From Rickettsiales bacterium (lineage in GTDB: Bacteria; Pseudomonadota; Alphaproteobacteria; Rickettsiales; UBA3002): DNA of 64,000 nucleotides. The translations under genes and the position numbers were made by a program. Positions within the stretch are counted from its first letter, which is position 1; each line of letters begins with the position of its first letter. Shown here one piece after another: positions 1-8,080 of the stretch. The DNA lies in the NCBI GenBank assembly GCA_046154225.1, contig JBJXEM010000007.1, positions 859 to 64,858 on the forward strand, read 5' to 3'. The notes under the pieces were generated by a model. It saw only the letters and a list, made by a program, of their open reading frames with translations, was not told the DNA's origin and did not search any database.

Positions 1-168
1 AAAACCCTTGCAGAAAAATTCATGCTGCCAAGCTTCCGGCCATTCGCCACCCACCAACGCTTCCACAAACCCTTTCGAGGTTTGCTTAAACACATCGTAG
101 GCCCAGCCCAGATCTTTGTCCGGGTCGGCGGGTCTGAGTTCAAATTCTGTGTCTTTGATCTTCATCAT
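1..168 (-). CDS. hypothetical protein, N-terminal fragment (gene continues beyond left edge)
   Basis: Not in ORF track (too short). The minus-strand frame is open from the ATG at 168 to base 1 (MMKIKDTEFELRPADPDKDLGWAYDVFKQTSKGFVEALVGGEWPEAWQHEFF...). Its ATG overlaps the TGA of the upstream 1314-aa gene (TGATG, 166-170), suggesting a fifth coupled gene. Confidence 0.4.
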   Translation of the reverse strand, partial: MMKIKDTEFELRPADPDKDLGWAYDVFKQTSKGFVEALVGGEWPEAWQHEFFCKGF

Positions 169-3100
169 CAGGTTCCCCTTTCCGAAGTAGCTCTCTGGCC
201 GCGCGTAATTTTAGGATTACCTTTCACAAGTGTGGCATCCGGCCCTTCGTGTGCGGGGGCGGGTGGGCTCACATCCACCACATCGCCCAATAGGCGCACC
301 ATGGGGCGTGGTGCGGGGTTGTGCCATACCATCTTGTCTGCCGGGTCGAAGTCGATGAAGTGAATCAAGTTGTCGCCGAGATTGATGTCGCGCGCGTGGT
401 CGACGAACATGGCCGTGAGTTCTTTTTGCATGCTTGCCAGGTTAGCGTAGCCATAATGCACGGCGTACTCTTCGGTGAAGCTTTCTTTGTTCATCAAAGA
501 TTTCAGTTTTTTGAGGCTTTTGAGCCCCGCTTTCGCGGCATCCTCATCCGTCATCTCATCACGCGCGAGCGCCGCACGTGCTGCATCAATCGAATCCAAG
601 CCAACGGCCACGGCAGCCTTTATCTGCTCGCGCCCCAGCTTAACACGTTCGCGCGCTTCTTTCAGCGTCATAGTCTGCACGTTGGTGATGGTGGCGGGCA
701 CTTCCCACCCACTCTCCTCTAGCCCCGGTTTTTTACTGCCCTTGACCATGCCTTCCAGGCGTGTTGCGCCAATGCTTGGCACATAGCCCTCGTGCTTGAT
801 CGCAAGGCCGGTGAGGCGCGTGTCGCGATAGCCAAGTTCGGGGCTTACCGTGGCCATGAAGTTGTCCCAGGTGCGCACTTTAATGGGTTCCAGTGATTCG
901 TTGATTTTCGCGGGAACAGGCTCGAAAGCTTCCGCCGCGATAGCGACCAACTCCTCGGGCGCGGGCGGCTCCATGCCGCTGTCGCGAAACCGCACGGCGG
1001 CGGCTTTGTATTCCTCATGGAAATACGCGCTCGGCGAAATTTCGCGTGTGGTGAGAATGGCGGGTTTTGCTGCCAGATACGTACGCCCGGTTTGTTCGCC
1101 GCGCAGAAACAGGAAAGTCCCCGGCTCCATTTCGGCTAATGCTTTGCGCTGCGCGGGGCTTGGGTTGCACATGATGAAATTGTGCGACACTTCGTGATGA
1201 CCGAGCGGCCGCTCGAGCATTTTATCGGGCACGTCGAGGGTCAGCACCTTTGCACCGGCGGGAATTTCATACCGCGCATATTCGATAGGGAACCCTTGTT
1301 TGAGCGGTTCATAGCCCATCAGGCGCTGTTTCTCGTCAGTCAGGGGATGCGCGGCCATCATTTCGGCACATAATTTTATGTATTCGTTCACGATCGGTGC
1401 GGCGACATCGCTATTGCGCATAAAAATGTCCCAGTGGCCCCAATGCTCCAGATCTTCGGGACGGACATCGCCTTTGAGAAGGTTGTCAAGAATGCGGGCA
1501 CAATCTTTCAGGCCTTTTTCACCAGTCATCCAGCGCGAGTGATCGATGTCTTCGTGAGGGGCGCGGTTCCATGCGAGGGCGATTCTACCTTCAAAAATGC
1601 GTTCCCATCTCTCCCACTCACGCAGTTTGTCTTCGCGCCCTTGGTCGGCCCAGTATTGCTTTACCCACTCCACACGCCCGGCATCGCGGAACATGCATGC
1701 CATTAATTCAGCGCTATAATTCAGCTGTTCTTTGTGAATGCTGTATTCACCTGTGCGGAATTTACTACTGCGGTCGCGCTCGCTCATGGCGTTGAGCCTT
1801 GGAAATGCGACGGGGTGCCCATAACGATCATGCACGGTAAAATCGGTACTGAAATCGCCGAATTCGCTCATAAACTCGGCACGCAATTTCCACAGATACT
1901 CAACCGCATTTGCCGTTAGCTCCGCGCATTCCTCGTGCGTCATCACGTGGGGAATTCCCGGGTTGCCACCTGCCGGCTTCACATCCCATTTCGGCGGGGT
2001 GAACGAGGCATCCGGCTTAGGCAGTTTGAAATTTTTACCCGGTAGGGATTTATGCAGCGCCTTTTCAACTTCGCCCATACGCTCGATGAACGCTTCAAGC
2101 GTGTCGTTGCGCACTTCAATTTCGACCGTTTGCGGTTTCACCGCGCGACGCAGCACCGCGTCGATACTGCGGTCAGTCGTCAATTCTTTTTCCCAAAGTA
2201 CATGCACGTCACGCGCGACCATCTCTTTTTTACCGTCCACCTCGAATTCATATCGTTTGGCATTGGCGAGGTTCGTGAATAAATGCTCTTCCGGGCGTGG
2301 ATTGCGGATGGTGCGGAAATCGGGCAATGGCGGCGTTACAAGGCAGTGCGCCTTCATTAGCTTGTCGCGCAACTCGGGGTGCGAAAGCAGGAAGCGGCGA
2401 TTGGTCTCATTCAACGCAAGGTCGCCGCCAGCACCGCGCAGAATGGCAATTTCCTTCTCAACCACCGGCGGGTTTTTGCGCATCTTGATGATTTCGCACA
2501 GCGCATCAGGGTTGCCCGCCTGCATTTTTAACATGACGGCGAGTTCGTCGGCCGTCATGTCGAGGAGTTTTTTCTCGGTGCCGTTCACGTTGTAGGTGTA
2601 ATCTTCGAGCTTGCTGTTGAGGTCGGTGCGCATCAAAAGCGCTTGCCGCCGCTCTTTCATGTCTACGTTGACGCCGACACACACGCCCAGGCGCAGATGC
2701 GCGCCGTTGGGGTGAATGTAGCGCGCAAAGCCGCGAATGGGGTGAGGCTCGAAGCCCTTGCCGCCGGTCAGGAACAGTATCAGCTTATCCAGATCGGCGT
2801 TTTCCTCGAACCGACGCACCACATCCGGCACGCGTTTACGCATGAAAGCCCGAAGCGAAATGCACGCCAACACATCGTATTCCGGGTCCTGATGCGCGAG
2901 GCGACGGTCGTATTTCGAGCCGTCCGGCATACGCACCCCTTCGTCGACGCCGCGTTCGGGGTTGGCATCGCGCGTGTTAGCCTCCATCAGGCTCGACAGC
3001 GTGTAGGATTTATAGGGCTTGCCGGTGTTGCCATCGATTTTGGTGCCCAGTTTGAAGCTGTTCTCACCGCCAACATCCACGAGCGCGATGAGCTTGGCCA

Positions 3101-4109
3101 GATGCAACGTGTCGACCCGGAACCGCTTAAATTTTTTGGTGTGGGTGAGGTGATTTTCATCGCTCATGTAGCGGTGCAGGAACGACCGTAAAATACTGTC
3201 GTCAAAGCGGCTGATATTATGGCCTTCGGTGACGGCTGGCGACTCTACTTTTTTCCAGCGTTTTTTGCTCGGTTCGGGGTCGTAATAAATGTCGCCTTTA
3301 TTCAGTTGGTCGGCGTCGGCCAGCCGATAGAGTGGCTGCGGATACCCCTCGCCCATGGCCTCCTTCATCGCTTCGGCGAAAGCGCTCATTCCACCATGAA
3401 ACGCGTATAATTTCTTCGTGATCACGTCGCGATTGAACGCGTGCGTTTCGCTATTGAAAATCTCGTGCGCATCCGTTGTGAGTACGCGGGCGATTGCCTG
3501 CGCCAGTGCTGACTTATCCTCGATGCGCTCCATCACGTCGCAATAATGATCGACGCGGTCGGGGTAACGGTACGACAGGTATTTACCGCCCTGATGGATG
3601 CGGATTTCCGTCTTCCGTTTGCCGTCGCGGCTGGCGATGCTGTAGACGCGCACTTCTTCCTCTTTGCCGGAGGGGCCGGTGATCATCATCGCTGAATCTT
3701 CCAACTGGTCCCACAACGCCCGGTAAGGATTGCGGAAATACAGCATCATTTTTGCCGCCGCGAGGTGCGGCTTCACTCGGCCTTTTTCGCTGTATAAATC
3801 CTTCGGTGGGCTTTGCGTCACGATGGCGGCTTGTGGGGCCACCACCACATCTTTGGGCACCTGAATGTCCATTTTCAGCGTGTCGATAATCCGCCCGTCG
3901 AGCGTGATGATTTTACCGCAGAACATGGTGGGGGCCGCGAACATGGGGTCGAGCCCGGTGGTTTCAAAGTCGTAGCTCAGCGACAGCAGCTTACCGCTCT
4001 CGATTAAATGCTCGACATTGTCGTAGTCGAACTGCTCGCGCAGCCACCAGTCTTGCGCCGGATTGCCTAGCTCGGTGGTTGGGGTTGGGGCAACTGCTTT
4101 ACGGGCCAT
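168..4109 (-). CDS. giant exonuclease I (SbcB)-like DEDDh 3'-5' exonuclease with internal insertion and ~700-aa C-terminal extension of unknown function
   Basis: 1314-aa ORF. The track start is GTG 4112; ATG 4109 lies 6 nt after GGGAGA. Exonuclease motifs: SYDFETTGLD (Exo I), EGHNISRFDDSILR (Exo II), AHQDPEYDVLA (Exo III, H-x4-D). The following stretch (HPIRGFARYIHPNG, IIKMRKNPPVV, NRRFLLSHPELRDKL) parallels the SH3-like and C-terminal domains of E. coli ExoI as I recall them. Confidence 0.75.
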   Translation of the reverse strand: MARKAVAPTPTTELGNPAQDWWLREQFDYDNVEHLIESGKLLSLSYDFETTGLDPMFAAPTMFCGKIITLDGRIIDTLKMDIQVPKDVVVAPQAAIVTQSPPKDLYSEKGRVKPHLAAAKMMLYFRNPYRALWDQLEDSAMMITGPSGKEEEVRVYSIASRDGKRKTEIRIHQGGKYLSYRYPDRVDHYCDVMERIEDKSALAQAIARVLTTDAHEIFNSETHAFNRDVITKKLYAFHGGMSAFAEAMKEAMGEGYPQPLYRLADADQLNKGDIYYDPEPSKKRWKKVESPAVTEGHNISRFDDSILRSFLHRYMSDENHLTHTKKFKRFRVDTLHLAKLIALVDVGGENSFKLGTKIDGNTGKPYKSYTLSSLMEANTRDANPERGVDEGVRMPDGSKYDRRLAHQDPEYDVLACISLRAFMRKRVPDVVRRFEENADLDKLILFLTGGKGFEPHPIRGFARYIHPNGAHLRLGVCVGVNVDMKERRQALLMRTDLNSKLEDYTYNVNGTEKKLLDMTADELAVMLKMQAGNPDALCEIIKMRKNPPVVEKEIAILRGAGGDLALNETNRRFLLSHPELRDKLMKAHCLVTPPLPDFRTIRNPRPEEHLFTNLANAKRYEFEVDGKKEMVARDVHVLWEKELTTDRSIDAVLRRAVKPQTVEIEVRNDTLEAFIERMGEVEKALHKSLPGKNFKLPKPDASFTPPKWDVKPAGGNPGIPHVMTHEECAELTANAVEYLWKLRAEFMSEFGDFSTDFTVHDRYGHPVAFPRLNAMSERDRSSKFRTGEYSIHKEQLNYSAELMACMFRDAGRVEWVKQYWADQGREDKLREWERWERIFEGRIALAWNRAPHEDIDHSRWMTGEKGLKDCARILDNLLKGDVRPEDLEHWGHWDIFMRNSDVAAPIVNEYIKLCAEMMAAHPLTDEKQRLMGYEPLKQGFPIEYARYEIPAGAKVLTLDVPDKMLERPLGHHEVSHNFIMCNPSPAQRKALAEMEPGTFLFLRGEQTGRTYLAAKPAILTTREISPSAYFHEEYKAAAVRFRDSGMEPPAPEELVAIAAEAFEPVPAKINESLEPIKVRTWDNFMATVSPELGYRDTRLTGLAIKHEGYVPSIGATRLEGMVKGSKKPGLEESGWEVPATITNVQTMTLKEARERVKLGREQIKAAVAVGLDSIDAARAALARDEMTDEDAAKAGLKSLKKLKSLMNKESFTEEYAVHYGYANLASMQKELTAMFVDHARDINLGDNLIHFIDFDPADKMVWHNPAPRPMVRLLGDVVDVSPPAPAHEGPDATLVKGNPKITRGQRATSERGT

Positions 4110-4112
4110 CAC

Positions 4113-7100
4113 TTATCTCCCTGCGTATGCAGCAGAATTATTTTGAAACCGCCCTAAAAGCCGCCCACGATTTTCCTGCCCAGGCAGGTCAGCGCCGCGG
4201 TCTGGCCGCTCGCCAGGGGGCGCCATGCGGTTTTCCGGCGCGGGTTCGGGCGGGCTTGCTTTGCGCTCGGCGTGAGCTCTCGCCACGTATTCGGCATCCA
4301 TGGAAGCAAGCGCACTCTCATACATCCCGCTTTTTTGTGCGGTGGCAAAAAGCCCCTTACCCACAAACCCACCCTCGGCATCCATCCGGCGGACGCGGGT
4401 GGCGATCTGGTAGCCCCCGTGATACTCTCCTTCTTTAATGATACGCTGAATGCGGATAAGCGACGCCATGCTGCGGCCAAGCGAAGTGATTTGCGTTTCT
4501 GCCGCGCTCGCGCCGGCGGCGATACCGATTTTCTCGAAATTCGGGACAATGCGCCCCATGTAGCGATGGCCGCCAGCGGCGCATATCTCGCCCACTCGCT
4601 CGCCTGCTTCTAGCGACGACGTATGCTGCGACGCCGTCATATCGGCGCGAACCATGTTCACCCATGCTTCGCAGTCTTTCGCGTAACCATGGCCGCCCGC
4701 GTGAATGGGCATGCCGCTCACCACCAATGTTTTGCCGTCCTCACTGCGTACGCAGTTTTTGCCCAGACTTTTGAGCCTTTTTTCGATTTTCTCGCGGCGG
4801 TCTAAATCGTGCGGGGCGAAATGGATGATAAACCCGTCGTGAATCGCCTGCACCACGCTGTAGCCTTGCGCCACCAGATCATCGCACATTTTGGCTTGTT
4901 TTTTGTCATTTCCCGGAATGGCACTTTGTGAAATGACGACGAAATTATTCTCGGGGTTCACCGGGCGCGCCGTGTGGCTTTTATCCGCGTTGCCGTTTAA
5001 CACCGGGTGGCGGCCTTGCGACATGGCCGTCAATGCCGCATCCACTTCGACATTGGTGCCCTGCGTGCCGGTGAGCAGCACAAGCCTGCGGCTGTCGGCG
5101 CCATGCATGCCGTCGCCATCGTCCATGCTCATGATGCGGCGTGCCGTTTTGCTGCCACGGCCCACGCGGATGGCGCCGAGCGTCAATTCATCCTCGGTTA
5201 ACGAGCCGAGCGTAGTTTTCCGGCCGAATTTATTTTTAAGAACCTGTTCATATTCCCATCGCTTTTCGTAACGGGTGGCGGGGCTTTTAATGTCTTTGAG
5301 TTTCTCAAAAAACTCCAGACGTGCTTCATGCCGCTCGATTTTATTTTCAATCGTACGGCGCGTTCTTTCGTTCGTGGTTGTTTCGAGTTTCGCTTTGTGA
5401 CCCTCGATTTTTCTGCGCAGGCGGTACTCGAAATACCAATCGAGATAGGGCAGAATATTATTACGAATTTCCGGCTCAATACGTAGATCGTTCACGCCAC
5501 CCACGTTCATGGTCGTCGCGGTTTTCTGCAGGTTGGTGCCGAATTCCGTCACGTCGCGATGCACCCGCGTGCCCACCCGCAGCGCGGTTTCGTAGCGGTT
5601 GTCGTTGGTCGAAATCATGGCAAGGAACATGCCCTTGTCCTTGAACCAGTCGGATATCTCGCAGAGATTATCCTCGACTTCAGGTTCCGTCGGCCCCCAG
5701 CCGTTTTTCATGATGGAGGTGATGTCCATGTCGAAATAAGTCGGCCCGCGCTTGGCGATTTCAGGGTCGAAGCGGTCGGCCACTTCCTGCGCCAGCTGAT
5801 TCTTTTTTGCCAAACGCTGCATTTCATCGAGGAAACGCTGGTTGCTCTCGGTGAAAAACTTCTTATCCAGATGGTCGGCGTCAACTTCGCGCCCCACGTA
5901 ATCGTCGGCATTGTGGCGACCAAACCGCGCATCGCCGTGGTTGAGGTAAGAGCCCAGCCATTTGCCCTCATAATGCCCATGCACGAAAAACGGTGTGGTG
6001 CGTGCTGAGTGCGGCGTGGCGTTGCGCGCATAATTCACCGAAAGCCGGGTTTTACCTTGCTTGTCTTTGATGTGCAGCCAGCCCTGCCCATTCAGCATCG
6101 CGAAGGTGGGCAGGTCGCGCTCGCTAATGCCCGGATAGCTTGACAACTTATCACGAATCGAGCGGTAGACCTCCGGTGTGCAATGCACCGTTTTACCACG
6201 CAGCAGGCCGCGCTCAATATAGATGAACAAGCCATCCGTGTGGTCGAGATGGCGGTGGGTGATGAGGATATCGTCGCAGTATTTCAGGTGCTCCACCACA
6301 TCCGGCGCGGCCGAGAGCGTTGCTTCATCTTTGGGGCTAAGATGCAGCCCCAAATCGATAATGACGCCTACCCGGTCGAGCTTGCCGTTTTTATCGAGCC
6401 CTTCGTGGCACACCACTTTCGAGTTGCCGCCAATCGCCTCACCCAACCCGTCAACGATGGGTTCCATGTTGTTGCCGCCAACGGAAATCATGCTCAGCCT
6501 CCCGCCCTGAGCGAGCGGTGGAGGCGGCGTATAGGTATACACCAGATCATCAAGGTCGTGCTCGACGAGATGGTCGATGGCGGCCGGATATTTACCAAAC
6601 CGCGCGTCGTGCATCATGCGGTTGGTGGCGCCGAGCCCGCGCATCTGCCGCAAATGGCTATCATCCTTGAAATTTTCGTCGCACAGATTCATTTCTGCGA
6701 GCGTGGCAGTCCGGTTTTCCGGTACCACGGATGCATCGTCGCTACTTTTCCACGCAACATCCGTCAGGCCTGGCAGGGCACTGGCCGGTTTGGTTTCAAA
6801 ATCCCAACTGGGCGAATATTGACTGCGTACGCTCGGATTTCGACCTTTAGTAGCGTGGATGAGCGTCAGGTAATCTTCGCCCGTTTCAGGATGGGTTCCG
6901 TGCAGGGGGGTCACTGGCTGCAACTTATTGTCGTGATCGATCGTATTGGCATCGAGCCCCATCAGCGCGCCCGCCACCCATTCCGGCACCGTGATTGTCT
7001 GATCGCGCGGCATCTCCTGGCCCGGCATAGCATCGAACACTAAGCCATCCTGCGTGGCCGACTGGCCGGTGACCGTCAGGCTGTGGCCGGAAGCATCTTT

Positions 7101-7622
7101 CAGCGCATACTTATCGAGGATTTTTGCCACGTTTGGCAGCTTTCCAGCGCGCATTTCAAGGTTCACGTCCTTCACCGCCGCCATCAAGCGCGACAGATTT
7201 GCCATCACCGCGTCCCTGTGATCGGGATCGTCGTCATCGCCCAGCAAGTGGCCGTCATTGCCTGATTGATACATCGGATTGCCAAGCACATACGCCGCAC
7301 GCGGGACAACGCTTGGAACTTTTGTCTGAGTGCCGTCAGGTTTGTCGACAGTGATTTCCTCCTGCGCCAACTCGATATCGAATAGTTCGAGAGATTGCTG
7401 GCGGCCTGCCGCATTCATGTACCAGTAGAGGGTTTTGAGGTGTGTCACGCCCCCGCTTTTATCGAGCACGGCTTTGGTTTGAATGGCGACGGCGCCACCG
7501 GTGCGCGGATCCACGCCGCCTTCGGCCAACCCTACAGCATGTCCCTCGCCGTTCGCCAGTGCCGGGTGGCTGAGGCCGACCGCGTTCAGAATCGCACGTT
7601 TCGGCCAGCCCCAGTAACTCAT
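4113..7622 (-). CDS. giant metallo-beta-lactamase/beta-CASP (RNase J-like) nuclease with ~400-aa unknown N-terminal region
   Basis: ORF 4113-7655. The likely start is ATG 7622, with AAGGAG 7 nt upstream and an ATGA overlap with the upstream stop. Motifs: ILITHRHLDHTDG (HxHxDH), VLLTGTQGT, SQSAIPGND, and IHAGGHGYAKDCEAWVNMVRADMTASQHT (resembles the RNase J segment hvSGHa...PvHGE). Confidence 0.75.
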   Translation of the reverse strand: MSYWGWPKRAILNAVGLSHPALANGEGHAVGLAEGGVDPRTGGAVAIQTKAVLDKSGGVTHLKTLYWYMNAAGRQQSLELFDIELAQEEITVDKPDGTQTKVPSVVPRAAYVLGNPMYQSGNDGHLLGDDDDPDHRDAVMANLSRLMAAVKDVNLEMRAGKLPNVAKILDKYALKDASGHSLTVTGQSATQDGLVFDAMPGQEMPRDQTITVPEWVAGALMGLDANTIDHDNKLQPVTPLHGTHPETGEDYLTLIHATKGRNPSVRSQYSPSWDFETKPASALPGLTDVAWKSSDDASVVPENRTATLAEMNLCDENFKDDSHLRQMRGLGATNRMMHDARFGKYPAAIDHLVEHDLDDLVYTYTPPPPLAQGGRLSMISVGGNNMEPIVDGLGEAIGGNSKVVCHEGLDKNGKLDRVGVIIDLGLHLSPKDEATLSAAPDVVEHLKYCDDILITHRHLDHTDGLFIYIERGLLRGKTVHCTPEVYRSIRDKLSSYPGISERDLPTFAMLNGQGWLHIKDKQGKTRLSVNYARNATPHSARTTPFFVHGHYEGKWLGSYLNHGDARFGRHNADDYVGREVDADHLDKKFFTESNQRFLDEMQRLAKKNQLAQEVADRFDPEIAKRGPTYFDMDITSIMKNGWGPTEPEVEDNLCEISDWFKDKGMFLAMISTNDNRYETALRVGTRVHRDVTEFGTNLQKTATTMNVGGVNDLRIEPEIRNNILPYLDWYFEYRLRRKIEGHKAKLETTTNERTRRTIENKIERHEARLEFFEKLKDIKSPATRYEKRWEYEQVLKNKFGRKTTLGSLTEDELTLGAIRVGRGSKTARRIMSMDDGDGMHGADSRRLVLLTGTQGTNVEVDAALTAMSQGRHPVLNGNADKSHTARPVNPENNFVVISQSAIPGNDKKQAKMCDDLVAQGYSVVQAIHDGFIIHFAPHDLDRREKIEKRLKSLGKNCVRSEDGKTLVVSGMPIHAGGHGYAKDCEAWVNMVRADMTASQHTSSLEAGERVGEICAAGGHRYMGRIVPNFEKIGIAAGASAAETQITSLGRSMASLIRIQRIIKEGEYHGGYQIATRVRRMDAEGGFVGKGLFATAQKSGMYESALASMDAEYVARAHAERKASPPEPAPENRMAPPGERPDRGADLPGQENRGRLLGRFQNNSAAYAGR

Positions 7623-8080
7623 GCCGAGGCTCCTTTTACCAGCGCCTGCGTCCATAAAACCTGTCCGCGTTTGGACAGTAGCGGCATGATGAGCGCATCC
7701 TTTGGTCGCGCGCTAGCCTTCAACGCGGTGATAATGGTGCCAAGCGTTGCCAGCAGCCGCGGTAGATCGGCCAAATGCGCGCCTGCGTCGCAGGTGAACG
7801 ATGTCACCGCGCACAGCCCGTCGGGCCCGGCGGGCGAGAGCGTCAGTGATAGCACGTCGAAAAACCGGCGCTTGAAACCGGGGCCCTGGCGGTGCATTTC
7901 GAAGCTGAGGATGACGCCCCCGCGCGCCGTTTCCTCGAGCCCGATCGACAGCACCCGGTAATCTCCTGTCGTGGGATTATAATCGGCCAGTTCCGCGCGC
8001 TCGCCCACCACGAGGCAAAGGCTGTGCGAAAATGCCGCCGGGTCGATGCGTAGCGAACCCATGCCAGGTGTTGCGCTCAT
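7619..8080 (-). CDS. hypothetical protein (153 aa), operon-internal
   Basis: ORF with ATGA overlaps at both ends (8077-8080 and 7619-7622). No motif recognised. Confidence 0.6.
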   Translation of the reverse strand: MSATPGMGSLRIDPAAFSHSLCLVVGERAELADYNPTTGDYRVLSIGLEETARGGVILSFEMHRQGPGFKRRFFDVLSLTLSPAGPDGLCAVTSFTCDAGAHLADLPRLLATLGTIITALKASARPKDALIMPLLSKRGQVLWTQALVKGASA

